From IMG/VR virus record IMGVR_UViG_3300031251_000003, positions 94,107-158,106 of that record: a stretch of DNA of 64,000 nt, one strand, 5' to 3'. The notes below the pieces were generated by a model. It searched no databases. It was not told the origin of the DNA and was given only the letters and a program-made list of their open reading frames with translations. The translations under genes were made by a program, and so were the position numbers. Each line of letters starts with the position of its first letter. Position 1 is the first letter of the stretch. Below, in pieces: positions 1 to 11,007 of this stretch. This DNA comes from a virus.

Positions 1-2
1 CC

Positions 3-356
3 TTAGCCAATAGGCGACCAAAACACCCTCATACATCTTCTCATACCCTAACACTACCTAATCACGGTCACTCCGATACAATTTCGGTTAGCGTTGTACC
101 TGATAATTCTGGTTCAGGTTATGAGTTCGTTACACACATCCCTGGTGCTAATAACTATGGGACATTCGGGATGTCAGCTAATTTCAATACAGGTGGTAAT
201 GAAGGTCACGTAGCAAATGCCGTGGCTACTAAAAGTGGATCAGTTGATAACCCTACCTCTAACCCGGCGATTAACGGTTCGGTAACAGTTGGATCCTCAG
301 GAGCAGCAAATGATGCACCTTCGTATATCGTCCTCAATTACATCATCAAAATATAA
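3..356 (+). CDS. C-terminal part of tail fibre/collar-type protein (5' truncated)
   Basis: Frame open from the window start; ends PSYIVLNYIIKI, a terminus typical of tail-collar proteins. Confidence 0.6.
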   Translation, partial: LANRRPKHPHTSSHTLTLPNHGHSDTISVSVVPDNSGSGYEFVTHIPGANNYGTFGMSANFNTGGNEGHVANAVATKSGSVDNPTSNPAINGSVTVGSSGAANDAPSYIVLNYIIKI

Positions 357-820
357 TGTCCAATAATTTCAAAATAGCCAATGGAGATCTAGTCGTACAG
401 AGTCGTTCGTATGATCGAGTCTCCGGTTTACAAAAACTACAACAGGATCTGATCCTCTGGATTCTAGAACATATCGGCACGGATCCATCCACTCCTACCT
501 ATGGAAGTTCATTGGACGGCGGTGTAATAGATGGAAGCCCTGTTCCTTCTTTCATAGGAGAACAGCCTACTCAAGCTCGTATCCAACAAATCGTGTCCGA
601 AGTTAGGAGAGTTCTTGAGCTTTACCAGCAAACCCAAATCAATAAGATGCAGTTAGAAATGTCTATCTTTAGAGGAAAGCACACCTTGAGCGCCGATGAG
701 GTTTTGGCTTCTGTTGATTCCATCAACGCAGTCGTTGAAGGAGATCAGGTGATCGTTCAGGTAGGAATTTCCACAGCTTCTAACCAGTCTCTACTTCTCA
801 CTATCCCGGCACAGGCTTAA
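356..820 (+). CDS. Baseplate wedge protein, gp25/W-like
   Basis: 154 aa; GDL...P.YGS.L motif; directly precedes baseplate J. Confidence 0.7.
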   Translation: MSNNFKIANGDLVVQSRSYDRVSGLQKLQQDLILWILEHIGTDPSTPTYGSSLDGGVIDGSPVPSFIGEQPTQARIQQIVSEVRRVLELYQQTQINKMQLEMSIFRGKHTLSADEVLASVDSINAVVEGDQVIVQVGISTASNQSLLLTIPAQA

Positions 821-2590
821 ATGGCACAGACATCAGCAGATATCTCGAATGCAATTAGAACGAATCTTCGCGTTCTTGATCCTGACATCTCGACCGAACC
901 TCTAACACCTGAACGTAAGATCATCGACACTGTTGCCGATGTCATCGCAGAGGCCGGTGTCGATACCTTTGTTTCTAATTATCAGTTTGATATCGATACC
1001 AAGGTTGGTACTGATCTTGACAAGTTCATAGCTCTCTGGGGATTTGCTCGCCAAGGTGGTAGAGCAGCTTCAGGGGTTGTCACACTTTCTCGTTTCGATA
1101 GCGCAACGGTAGATCTACAGATTCCAGCGGGTACTCAGATTGTCAAGCCTGCTACTAGTGTTTCTCCGGCTATCACGTTCCAGACTACCACGAGTACGAC
1201 AATCTATGTCGGCACGACATCTGCTAATGCTCCGATCCAATGTACGACGATAGGTAATCTCGGTAACGTTGCAGCTAATACCCTCACGGTTCTGTCCAGC
1301 TTAGCGGGTAGTGGTGTTTCGGCCGTTACGAATCCTAACCCTACCTCTGGTGGTACCGATCAAGAAAGTGATGCAGAGCTTCGTGTCCGCTTCAAGAACA
1401 CTGTCTTTAGGAACATCGCTGGTACTCAAGATCAGTTCCTCGCTCTAGCTATCGCCTCTAGGTTCGCTAACAAAGCAAACGTCATTGGGCCTACTAGCCG
1501 TTTCATCGAATATTTGCAGATTGCGGCTGGTGCAGCTACGTCAATTATCCCTTATTCAAAGAACACTTATAGCTTTGATTACTGGTTAACTGATGGGAAT
1601 TATACATCGGAGACTTTCTATACTCCTGCTGGTGCTGATTACACGTTCAATGCTACAACACCACCATCTATCACAGTAAACAACTCTACTCATCTTCCTA
1701 ACGGGAAGATCGTTCTCTTGGAACACACCTATACGTCTAAGAATTCACGTAATGTCCCTGCCAGTGGGATCATGAACTATGTAGATGTCTACGTCTCCGG
1801 TAGGGATGAAACAACGGCAACCGAGGCGTGTGTATTCCCGTCATCGGCCAACAATTTCGTCAGTACTCCTACCACATCTACGTTCTACAATCAGAGCTTC
1901 TTACGAGTCGCTACATCAGTGGCTCCTACTGTGGGGAATAGACTTCAGTTCCTTATGTGGCAACCTGTAGATATTCTACCATCTCAGATTATCATCGGCG
2001 CAAGCACATACAACTTGAACACTCACTACTGGTTCGTACGCGACGTAACGCTTTCTAAGGGATCAAGACGTGCCCTTAATGGTATTGAGTGGTCTACTAC
2101 CGTCACGGGCGCTGTGACGGCTGGTACGGCCTTCCAGGTGGTATATACGTTCAATAGACTTCCACTTACGTTGAATGAGCTTATGGAAGCTCACAAGCAG
2201 ATCGCCACAGACGTACTTGTTCATGCGGCTTTGGAACGATACTATCGAATCGCTTTAACTGTTATGTACTCTCCTGGATTCTCTCAGGCAGCGGTTGATA
2301 CGGCGATCACATCATCCTTGACAGATTTCCTTGAACGTCAGCAATTCGGTGCAGTCATCCAGGTATCAGATATCCTCGAAGTAGCCCATGAGGTTCCGGG
2401 TGTAGATAACGTAAGACTGACTACCAACGTCGAAAATGGAACTGTCTATGGTATCCAGGAAATGGCCATCGACGGTTCAACTGTTCTGAGCACTACTTCC
2501 GGGGACTTTACATTACCTGATTCTGATCTTCCAGTCCTCAACAACATCGTAACACTCGCTAAGAGTCAGAACACATGGAGCACCTTCTAA
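821..2590 (+). CDS. Baseplate J-like protein
   Basis: G.DLD...WG..R, IPAGT, GN.GNV.A and GG.D.ESDAELR.R motifs; VPGVDNV near the C-terminus. Confidence 0.9.
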   Translation: MAQTSADISNAIRTNLRVLDPDISTEPLTPERKIIDTVADVIAEAGVDTFVSNYQFDIDTKVGTDLDKFIALWGFARQGGRAASGVVTLSRFDSATVDLQIPAGTQIVKPATSVSPAITFQTTTSTTIYVGTTSANAPIQCTTIGNLGNVAANTLTVLSSLAGSGVSAVTNPNPTSGGTDQESDAELRVRFKNTVFRNIAGTQDQFLALAIASRFANKANVIGPTSRFIEYLQIAAGAATSIIPYSKNTYSFDYWLTDGNYTSETFYTPAGADYTFNATTPPSITVNNSTHLPNGKIVLLEHTYTSKNSRNVPASGIMNYVDVYVSGRDETTATEACVFPSSANNFVSTPTTSTFYNQSFLRVATSVAPTVGNRLQFLMWQPVDILPSQIIIGASTYNLNTHYWFVRDVTLSKGSRRALNGIEWSTTVTGAVTAGTAFQVVYTFNRLPLTLNELMEAHKQIATDVLVHAALERYYRIALTVMYSPGFSQAAVDTAITSSLTDFLERQQFGAVIQVSDILEVAHEVPGVDNVRLTTNVENGTVYGIQEMAIDGSTVLSTTSGDFTLPDSDLPVLNNIVTLAKSQNTWSTF

Positions 2591-2593
2591 TTC

Positions 2594-5326
2594 ATGACAT
2601 CTGTAGCAGATTTAAGAGTAGTTAGTGATTCACTAACTGCCACGTCCTACCCTATACTTGAACCCCTCAATGCTCCCGAGATCTTTGGGAACAAACTTGC
2701 GCGGTTCGGTGACATCTATAATCTGGGTGGTCAATCTCATCTCTATCGTTACTTAGTCGCCCTTTGTGGAGATGCAGGAGCGGGTCAACTCAAGAAAGAA
2801 ATGCTACTCCCGAGATTAGAGCAGGCATTATCCGGGACGAACTTCGGAAATCTTGACAAGCTCTATGGGAATCCTCTAGCTCTACCTCGTATATCCGCTG
2901 AGCTTTATACCTATGATCCAGAAACTGATATTCTAACTGGTGCTCAGTGGGATGAAGTCTTCATGAAGGATGCCTCATATCGAGCAAGATGCCTCATTTG
3001 GATGAGAGCGCTCATTTATGGCCCTACTCCTGACGGTATAGCTCTGGCAGCCCTGGCCGCTACAGGGATCGAGGCAGACGTATGGGAAAGATACCAGTAT
3101 GTTCAAACCTCTCTAGGTACAGACTTCGGAAAGACTTCGAGCACCAATGAATTTGTGGTTATCCCAAGAACTACCTCATTGACATTAGACCAATCACGAG
3201 GTCTTAGTCGATTGCTGGATATCATCAAGCCAACAAATACAATTGGTACCGTTTACAACGGAGTATCACCCCGAACACAGAAAACAGTTCGCCTAACAGA
3301 CTCTTCTTCGACGTTCTTCAATATCCAGAGATTAGTTACCGGACGTTCTGATATAACCTGGCCGGTACTGGATTCATCAACTGGTTCTTGGATTAGTACA
3401 GCCGAAACAGAAGCTCCTACTCTTGCATTCATGAATCGTCAAGAGTCAGTAACCTACTTGAGTGTGCTTGGAACTACCTCGTCATCGATCCACGTAGGTC
3501 AGTTCAGTCCCGCCCAGCAAAGTCTATTCTCCCATCTCAATCATGACGTGGATGATTTCTTTGCCTTCCTGCCCGATTATTCCTTTGATACTAGCATTGC
3601 TCCGGTCAATATCACAATCGGGTGGAATGGTGGAGGGACAACCGGGGAGAACATCGTTGTCAATAACAACTATCCGGTTTCTTACTTCACTAATGAGCAG
3701 ACACCATTAGTCAACACTCTCGGAAAGTTCTTTTGGGCATCGGTAGAAGCCACAACCGGTAGCGAATGGATTACCTACGATCTCGGTAGACTTCGCCCAC
3801 TCAATTACATTCACTTTGAAATCTGTCAGAAGCCAATCGACTGGACTATCCAATACTACGATGGTTCAAACTGGATCAATATACCGACTAGAAGTGACTA
3901 CCCTGTTACTATGTCGTCCTCCTATCTTCCATCCTTGTCTAACCCTTGGATGGAATTCGATGTTTACTTCAATACCATTCAAGCTTCACAGGTTCGGATC
4001 AATTTCACTAGACGGAGTGATCCATTCCCGGTTAGTTCATCCGATCCTATTCCTTTCAGTATCGACCTTCGTGGTGTTAATCTCATGCATACTATGCCTA
4101 CAGCTAGTGATTTCGTAGCTGATACGGGGGTGGATATCTTGGGTAACAACTTCAGAACCGCAATAGTTTCCTATAGCCCAAGTTACACCAATGACGGCTT
4201 AGACACTCAATGGAAGTCTAAGCCTAATCCTTCTCGATGGGCTATTGAGTCTCTGTACTTTGATCTTAGATTAGGATCTACTGCCGGACTCATGAGTGTC
4301 TTGGACACCAAGTACATGGATGAACTTGACGATCTCGATATGGCAAACATTGAAACATTCCGTGCTGGTGGCCAGTTAGTCGATGAGATATTCATCGATC
4401 CGATTACCTATGGTCAGGATATGCACTTCTATTACAGTGATGATGACAGTACCGGCGTGTGGGATAACAAGCTATGGGTTCCCATTCCTCGTGACTATAT
4501 TCTAAAGAGGGGCTTCCATTCATTACCTCGACCGACGATGATCAAGTACTTCAAGATCGAATTCTCTAATCTATGTCCATTCCCGTACGAACCTGTACAG
4601 ACACCAACAATGCCACCTGTGACATTCAACAGATTCCCACTTTGGGTGAACAACTACTTCTTGAATGTCAATCCTATTACGACCAAGGATGTCATAATCC
4701 AAACGGATACTCTTAGCTTGGATCCACTTCAGTTTGGTTTCGTACTTGAAAACGATAACCTTGTCTCATCTTATGAGCAAGAGCGAACCTTGCAGTTGGC
4801 TGACACAACTCCCGAAGTTACTAGCTTCATCCAGGGTCTTGTCATCGGGCAAACTCCAACCACTGAGCAGACTTCCCTGGAATCTACCATCGAATATCAT
4901 TCTCCTGTAATGTGGCAGTCTGATCTAATCTCTAACTTAGATCCGACTCGTGCTCTTTCTAGAGTAGCACTTCAACCCCACGATAGCAATGTCAACAGTA
5001 CGGGATGGAATGCAGAGTTAGCTTTGCCTCAAACGTCTGCGAATATCCCTGTTCAGGCTTCTACGACTGATCTCTCTAAACCACTAGCCGAGAAGACTTT
5101 CCCAACTATGTTCTTCCCGATTAGATGTCGTCACTACTATCAAGTCTGTCAGGCTCCTTTGACGAACAAGATTGCCTATATGGTAGGTATCAAGGAAGTT
5201 GGCTTTTACCGCCGTGACTATACATCTCCGATTGATGAATCGATCTATGTCGAAACCTTAGACGATACGGCTCACATTTCGTCTAATGACTTTGTACAGA
5301 ACGATTGGAGATATGAGGTAAGCTAA
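2594..5326 (+). CDS. Baseplate/tail protein with possible discoidin-like beta domain
   Basis: 910 aa after baseplate J; EWITYDLG...YYDGSNW motif. Confidence 0.6.
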   Translation: MTSVADLRVVSDSLTATSYPILEPLNAPEIFGNKLARFGDIYNLGGQSHLYRYLVALCGDAGAGQLKKEMLLPRLEQALSGTNFGNLDKLYGNPLALPRISAELYTYDPETDILTGAQWDEVFMKDASYRARCLIWMRALIYGPTPDGIALAALAATGIEADVWERYQYVQTSLGTDFGKTSSTNEFVVIPRTTSLTLDQSRGLSRLLDIIKPTNTIGTVYNGVSPRTQKTVRLTDSSSTFFNIQRLVTGRSDITWPVLDSSTGSWISTAETEAPTLAFMNRQESVTYLSVLGTTSSSIHVGQFSPAQQSLFSHLNHDVDDFFAFLPDYSFDTSIAPVNITIGWNGGGTTGENIVVNNNYPVSYFTNEQTPLVNTLGKFFWASVEATTGSEWITYDLGRLRPLNYIHFEICQKPIDWTIQYYDGSNWINIPTRSDYPVTMSSSYLPSLSNPWMEFDVYFNTIQASQVRINFTRRSDPFPVSSSDPIPFSIDLRGVNLMHTMPTASDFVADTGVDILGNNFRTAIVSYSPSYTNDGLDTQWKSKPNPSRWAIESLYFDLRLGSTAGLMSVLDTKYMDELDDLDMANIETFRAGGQLVDEIFIDPITYGQDMHFYYSDDDSTGVWDNKLWVPIPRDYILKRGFHSLPRPTMIKYFKIEFSNLCPFPYEPVQTPTMPPVTFNRFPLWVNNYFLNVNPITTKDVIIQTDTLSLDPLQFGFVLENDNLVSSYEQERTLQLADTTPEVTSFIQGLVIGQTPTTEQTSLESTIEYHSPVMWQSDLISNLDPTRALSRVALQPHDSNVNSTGWNAELALPQTSANIPVQASTTDLSKPLAEKTFPTMFFPIRCRHYYQVCQAPLTNKIAYMVGIKEVGFYRRDYTSPIDESIYVETLDDTAHISSNDFVQNDWRYEVS

Positions 5327-7296
5327 TGTCAGGAATCTTTGCTAGTAAGCTGAACGAAAATTTTGATGCGCATGATGGGTCTATGACGAACTACCTACAA
5401 AGCGATCACTCGACGGCGCTCACCCCACGATACCACTATGACCTTCGAGCCTTTCATGCTCTGAACCCAACCGTCCCATTCACCCAGAACGATTATGATT
5501 TCTGGCATCTGTACGCATACAATTCCATGAATACCTATTCGGTTGCAGATAACAGACCACTTGGTACAGCATTCGGTACAGAAACATGGTCTAATGGAAC
5601 TGTAGCCAAGAACTCTTCTTATCGGTACTCTAATACTATGACTCTCTCTGTCAGTGCAGCAGGAAGTACAACCTACGGTGTGGGTCACTATGGAACAGAC
5701 ACATATGGTGTATCGAACCCGATCACATACTCGACTTTCGGAGACGACATTCTAACGGACTTCAATGTGGCAGGACATTCATACTTCCTACAGGTCGTCT
5801 TACGAAGTCTACCATCTCAGGCATCATCTCCTAAACTGGATCTCACAAACAGCTTTATCGATATTTCCAGTTCGGCTACATTCGATCCGACCGTGACAGA
5901 TACTCTCGCATTCAGTGCATCACTGAACAGCGTTTCTGGTGGTGGAGATTGTTACCTTAGTTACAATCGTAACTCACTCACCCATGCTGATCTTACAAAT
6001 ATCCAAGGGGTAAGGTTCAGATTGCTAAGCGTTGGAGGAACTGTAACGTTTATCATGCAGGCCATGAGATTAGTACGCGACGATTATTCGTTCCAGGTTA
6101 TTGACGTGGATACCAAGAGAGGCCAACTAGCTAGAAGTGTGCCACAGGCAGGAGGATCCGAATCTGGTTCCGTCTATGGCGACATCTATTTCAAGGGCAG
6201 CAAGCCTAAGGATTCCACTTACGTTGTCTCCTTCAATGCTGGGCACAATCCAACTGGAAATGATAATGTTTATCGACAATACTTCCGTACCCAGGCAAAC
6301 GGTGATCGTATCGAAGTCAATATAGCGGCGAGGGATACACAGTCTAGGCTCACAATTAAGCAGACTGTAAGCGGGGTCACGACGACGATCTATCAGTCAT
6401 CTATCAACACGAACATCCTTACCAACGAATCCTATTACTACCTCGTAATCAAGGTAATCGGAACAGTAGTGAACGCAACAGTGTATGCCAACAACGGGAT
6501 TCTATTGGGTTCGTCGGTCTATACGTCTGGGGATCAGACCACGACTCTTACCTCTCGTGGCCTAGTTGGTTATAGCTTTGAGCCTTACAACTACGATTTT
6601 ACGATTCAATACATTGCTCCACAGACAACAGCCTTCGCTACTTTCCAGACAACATCCTTCGCGTCTCATAGCCTGGTAATCGGTGCAACTCTGTATCCAC
6701 AGAATAGTACACCGTTGAATCTCATCAGCGATCTAACCCCTAAAGCATGGGCCGATGCTACTGTATCCACAGACGCTAATGGGGATCTTGTCGTTACTCG
6801 TGCAAATACTTTACCTCAGGGTGGAGTTAAATGGACGCCATTGACATTCACCGGAGACAGCAATCAGCTAATCATTCATGGATACCTCTGGACATCTCTT
6901 GTTCAGGGATCATATCGAGCGGCCTTACTCGATCAGTTCGATAGCGTGCAGTGGCTACTTACGATCCCCAATGTACTCGCCAACCAGTGGAACGAGTTTA
7001 CTCTCTTGGTCACACCTAATCTCTTACCGGAATCCTCTTATCTTCATATTCAACAACTAGGAACCTATGGTGGCTCTTTCAAGCTGCGTGATGTATCCTT
7101 GGGTTACAAGACTATTGAATGGGATATCTCAGGAGATAACGGAACCACATGGCAATCGTTTGTAAATGCAGTTGGAGCGCCCTATACTGGTGCAATGTTT
7201 GCGACTCCTTCAACAGCCTTTAAACTACGAGCTATAGCCAATACTGACCAAGGATGGATCGGTGGCTACCAGCTTGTACCGAATTACAAATTCTAA
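5326..7296 (+). CDS. Minor tail/virion structural protein
   Basis: 656 aa, Ser/Thr/Tyr-rich, translationally coupled to the tail operon. Confidence 0.55.
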   Translation: MSGIFASKLNENFDAHDGSMTNYLQSDHSTALTPRYHYDLRAFHALNPTVPFTQNDYDFWHLYAYNSMNTYSVADNRPLGTAFGTETWSNGTVAKNSSYRYSNTMTLSVSAAGSTTYGVGHYGTDTYGVSNPITYSTFGDDILTDFNVAGHSYFLQVVLRSLPSQASSPKLDLTNSFIDISSSATFDPTVTDTLAFSASLNSVSGGGDCYLSYNRNSLTHADLTNIQGVRFRLLSVGGTVTFIMQAMRLVRDDYSFQVIDVDTKRGQLARSVPQAGGSESGSVYGDIYFKGSKPKDSTYVVSFNAGHNPTGNDNVYRQYFRTQANGDRIEVNIAARDTQSRLTIKQTVSGVTTTIYQSSINTNILTNESYYYLVIKVIGTVVNATVYANNGILLGSSVYTSGDQTTTLTSRGLVGYSFEPYNYDFTIQYIAPQTTAFATFQTTSFASHSLVIGATLYPQNSTPLNLISDLTPKAWADATVSTDANGDLVVTRANTLPQGGVKWTPLTFTGDSNQLIIHGYLWTSLVQGSYRAALLDQFDSVQWLLTIPNVLANQWNEFTLLVTPNLLPESSYLHIQQLGTYGGSFKLRDVSLGYKTIEWDISGDNGTTWQSFVNAVGAPYTGAMFATPSTAFKLRAIANTDQGWIGGYQLVPNYKF

Positions 7297-7325
7297 TTGA
7301 CACACAATTAATTTTGTGATATAAT
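7297..7325 (+). promoter_or_regulatory. Sigma70-type promoter
   Basis: TTGACA-N17-TATAAT, 9 nt before the helicase ATG. Confidence 0.85.
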
Positions 7326-7334
7326 TAAAGGTAA

Positions 7335-9152
7335 ATGTCACAAGTCATTCGTTGGGATGATTCGCTTAAATCGGACTTCAAGAAATGGGTAGACGATAAA
7401 AGTTCGGTTCTTATCATTGAGAATCATCCCACCTATCTATCATATCTGGTTGTCAATTCCTTTAACCCAGACTTCGAGGAAATCTTCGAGTCGGTTATTG
7501 GCCCATACAAGGCAATCCATAAGCTAGATATTTACAAACTCTTAGAAGCGGCCGAGAAGGAACAGTTCTCTGTCGTCTTCATCAATGATCCCCAAGAAGT
7601 ATTCGACTTCGTAGATTCGTTGAATGATCCTCTGCCGGTTAAGCTCAACGTCAATCTCTTTCCCTTCCAGTTAAGAGGGTTCAACTACCTGAAGGATCTC
7701 GATGCATCCATTTGTAATTGGAGTACAGGCACGGGTAAGTCGGTCTGGGCAGTAACATGGTCTAAGTACCTGCTCGAAACCAACCAGATCGATAAGATTA
7801 TCGTCTTAAGCAAGAGTCATAACAAGTACAACTGGCAACGTCAGTACAAGGGGATTGGCGATTTGGATTCCATTACTGATGAAGATGTCAAAGGCAGTAA
7901 CAAAACGGATGTCAAGAGAGAACGACGTGAAACTCTCTACGCCGACAATCAGATCATCATCCTCAACTACGAGAAGCTACGCTTTAGACCGGAGAACGAG
8001 AAGGAGAGGTTCCTAGCAGGGCGCAAACTTCCTTCAAGCTCAGGAGACGGCGCAGAGCTTCTCAAGGCTCTCAAGGGCAAGCGAGTGGCCTGGATCCTCG
8101 ATGAAGCTCCGTCTAAGCTTAAGTCTATGAACACCGGCTGGTACAAGGGGCTTTCTAAGCTTCAAAGTAAAACAAAATCTAATAAGATTACAGCACTCAC
8201 GGCTACCAAGATAGAGAAGAACCCGGAAGATCTCTACGCCTGGATTAAAGTATTAGATAAACAGATCTGGCCCACCAAGGTTAACTTCAGATATGCCTAC
8301 GCTAGATCGATGATCGGTTATCAGGTTCTCTCGTGGGATGCTTCAAAATTACCCGAGATTGGAATGAAGATCGCCCACTTCACTTCAAAGGCCGACAAAT
8401 ATCTCGACCCCGATATCCGTGACCAGTTCCCTGAATCACACCATGAAGATGTCTACATTCAACTTTATCCTACCGAACGTCGGATCTATGATGCACTAAA
8501 GAAGGAGATCAAAGACCAGGATCTTCTCACCATTTCTTCTCTGGCTCCGTTACAGATCGCCGTCAACAATGTAAGCTACTTGAAGAACTCAACTAGTCCA
8601 CTGGCGCAGAAGATAGCCGATCAGTTCAGGCCATCCGATTCTCATGTGGCGAAGATCGACAAATTACACGATATGTTAGATGAGATCCCCGGTAAGGTTG
8701 TGATTTTCTCAGCCTATACAGAGTTTGGTTCTCTGATGCTGGCCGACTACCTGACAAAATGGGGATACTGGTTTGCTCTCTATGATGGAGATGCCAAGAA
8801 GAAGCAGATGGCTCAGGATGCTTTCAACAACAATCCAAAGATCAAGATCTTCCTCTCGTCAGACCAAGGTTCAGATAGCATCAACCTAGAACAAGCCGCT
8901 AGTGTTATCCATTATGATCTACCATGGAACTCTAGTACATTCATTCAACGAATGAATCGCATCCATAGGATCACGAGCAAACACCTACACGTCTACTCTT
9001 ACTCCCTTATCGCGGATAAAACTCTTGAAGAAGGTAAGCTAGATACGCTCGAAAGGAAGAGAGTAATGGAGCTAGCCGTTGACGAACACTTGACAAATCA
9101 GGAAGATTTGATGCGTTCATTCTCTAGCGACCAGTTACGGGAAATGATTTAG
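7335..9152 (+). CDS. SNF2/SF2 family helicase
   Basis: LFPFQ, GTGKS, ILDEA, LTAT, INL..A..VIHYDLPWN...Q...RIHR motifs. Confidence 0.9.
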   Translation: MSQVIRWDDSLKSDFKKWVDDKSSVLIIENHPTYLSYLVVNSFNPDFEEIFESVIGPYKAIHKLDIYKLLEAAEKEQFSVVFINDPQEVFDFVDSLNDPLPVKLNVNLFPFQLRGFNYLKDLDASICNWSTGTGKSVWAVTWSKYLLETNQIDKIIVLSKSHNKYNWQRQYKGIGDLDSITDEDVKGSNKTDVKRERRETLYADNQIIILNYEKLRFRPENEKERFLAGRKLPSSSGDGAELLKALKGKRVAWILDEAPSKLKSMNTGWYKGLSKLQSKTKSNKITALTATKIEKNPEDLYAWIKVLDKQIWPTKVNFRYAYARSMIGYQVLSWDASKLPEIGMKIAHFTSKADKYLDPDIRDQFPESHHEDVYIQLYPTERRIYDALKKEIKDQDLLTISSLAPLQIAVNNVSYLKNSTSPLAQKIADQFRPSDSHVAKIDKLHDMLDEIPGKVVIFSAYTEFGSLMLADYLTKWGYWFALYDGDAKKKQMAQDAFNNNPKIKIFLSSDQGSDSINLEQAASVIHYDLPWNSSTFIQRMNRIHRITSKHLHVYSYSLIADKTLEEGKLDTLERKRVMELAVDEHLTNQEDLMRSFSSDQLREMI

Positions 9153-9416
9153 GGGACTATTGTTTCGTCGGATTTGGCTCAACGGTGAAGTGGCCGGTGA
9201 CTTAAATTGAAACGCTACTTCATCAGGCCAAAGAGATTCAATCATCTCAGCGAATCGATCCCTACTGATTAGACCTTCGGCCTTTAGTGGACGCTGACCG
9301 CCTCGTGGCCCTTCTTCTCCAAACACTTGGATAAGAACATCTCCTTCTCCGGTATCATGAAGCTTCAATTTCAATCTGCCGGTAGAAGAGACTACTGTTC
9401 TAATCACTGGTATCAT
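9135..9416 (-). CDS. Hypothetical protein
   Basis: Coupled ORF in a minus-strand gene run. Confidence 0.5.
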   Translation of the reverse strand: MIPVIRTVVSSTGRLKLKLHDTGEGDVLIQVFGEEGPRGGQRPLKAEGLISRDRFAEMIESLWPDEVAFQFKSPATSPLSQIRRNNSPLNHFP

Positions 9417-9697
9417 TTAGAGTTAGGTGTAGAGAAGTCTTTAAAGAGGGTGTTCTTAATAGTAATCTCTTCCTCAGTCAACTTATAATCACTCGCCATT
9501 TTCTTTACGCAAACAGCACAAAGCTCCCTATAAATAGTGTACTGCTTCTTAAGAGGACTAGCTAGGTTTTCCCAACTCAATTCATAGGTGCTTCCGGCCC
9601 TAACCGGATAATTAAAGGGAACACGATACATATCGCTCGCGGGAACGTATGACTCACACTTGTCACAGATGTAGATTGTCTGATTAGCCATCAACAC
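9413..9697 (-). CDS. Small zinc-ribbon protein
   Basis: CDKC...LCAVC. Confidence 0.55.
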   Translation of the reverse strand: MLMANQTIYICDKCESYVPASDMYRVPFNYPVRAGSTYELSWENLASPLKKQYTIYRELCAVCVKKMASDYKLTEEEITIKNTLFKDFSTPNSK

Positions 9698-10073
9698 TCC
9701 CGATGTTTCTCACATGACTCCAATCAGACCCAAGTGAATCTCGTAGGGCCTCCCATCGATCTTCTTTGTGAGGCTTATCGAGCCAGTCCATCAGTAGTAC
9801 TACCTGTGCAACCGCAGCATCACGCTCAGCCTTCAGAGCCGCGGCGTCCTCGTAAGCCTCGCGGTACAGATCAGCCCAGAACGACGGCTGCCACTCGGCG
9901 GCGCGCTTCCAGCGGTCGCGTTCCCGTTCGGCTGTCTCTACCAGAGCGCGCAAAGCCGCCAACGACTCCTGAGCCAACGGAACACGAGCATCGCTCGCCA
10001 TGCAAGCCTCGCACACGTCATCGAGCACTTCGCGGATTCTAGCTATATGTTCTGCTACTGTCAGTTCCATCAT
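9684..10073 (-). CDS. Hypothetical coiled-coil protein
   Basis: Overlaps both neighbours; Ala/Glu/Arg-rich. Confidence 0.5.
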   Translation of the reverse strand: MMELTVAEHIARIREVLDDVCEACMASDARVPLAQESLAALRALVETAERERDRWKRAAEWQPSFWADLYREAYEDAAALKAERDAAVAQVVLLMDWLDKPHKEDRWEALRDSLGSDWSHVRNIGSVDG

Positions 10074-10516
10074 CCATCGAGCCTTTCCATCTTCTCATAC
10101 ATCCGGTGGATAACTGTATCGGGGATCTGTCGATCAACAGGACGATCACTCTGCCGGTCAATTGCAACCTGAAGAGGAACCTGGACAGAGACGACCTGAA
10201 CGTCATAGTCGAAAATCTTGGCCATCACCATGTACGGCTCTGCATCCTTGCGAGTGATGTTCGTGTTGTCAATAATAATGTCACCAGAGTCAGGCGCTGC
10301 CATTTCCTTGACGGTGCGCTGCTGATTCCACTGGTGAGCTACACCAAGCTTTCCGGGATCGAAATCGTACTCCGTAGTATTACCATTCTTCTGATACCAG
10401 AAGTCATCAGTAGAGAAGATGGTTCCGCCTACCTTGTCGGCAATGACCTTGGCCAACGTAGACTTACCGCTGCCCGGAATGCCTTGCATAATCCAAAGAG
10501 TCTTGTTTTTAGCCAT
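10070..10516 (-). CDS. P-loop kinase (AAA_33/polynucleotide-kinase-like)
   Basis: GIPGSGKST, STDD, IIIDNTN; likely start MAKNK just after a minus-strand TATACT box. Confidence 0.85.
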   Translation of the reverse strand: MAKNKTLWIMQGIPGSGKSTLAKVIADKVGGTIFSTDDFWYQKNGNTTEYDFDPGKLGVAHQWNQQRTVKEMAAPDSGDIIIDNTNITRKDAEPYMVMAKIFDYDVQVVSVQVPLQVAIDRQSDRPVDRQIPDTVIHRMYEKMERLDG

Positions 10517-10676
10517 TGATATAGTATACCACAGATCTACACGTCTGTAAACTGAAAGGCCAGTTCGGTGTCCTGCCATGAGCGAAGTCGCAATTTCCCC
10601 GCAGGAGATGCAACGATCTTCTCTACGACGATCTTAGCCATCTGGATATAGTATCAGGGATCTAGTTAGATGTCAA

Positions 10677-10979
10677 CTAACGGCCAATACGTTCATGGTG
10701 CCAGAGCATACCAAGAATGATACTACGGAACAGATATCCAGCAACAAGATTGGGATCCAACCCACCACGAGTCTTAACCCGTTCGGTAATTTCGGTCATG
10801 CGATCAGAGATGTAACGCTTAACGTCTTCCTCTTCCCAATCGGCTAAATGTAGATCGTGTGGCCATACATAACTATCTGAGATTTCTTCATCTGTCAAGA
10901 ACCCATCGGCAATAGCCTGGTCTAGTGAATGAGTGTAGATATCCCAGATCTCTGTTAATGGCTGAATAGATTTGTCCAC
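10677..10979 (-). CDS. Hypothetical protein
   Basis: 100-aa ORF in the minus-strand run. Confidence 0.5.
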   Translation of the reverse strand: MDKSIQPLTEIWDIYTHSLDQAIADGFLTDEEISDSYVWPHDLHLADWEEEDVKRYISDRMTEITERVKTRGGLDPNLVAGYLFRSIILGMLWHHERIGR

Positions 10980-11007
10980 TTCATCTATTCAGACGAAGTT
11001 TGCTCTC

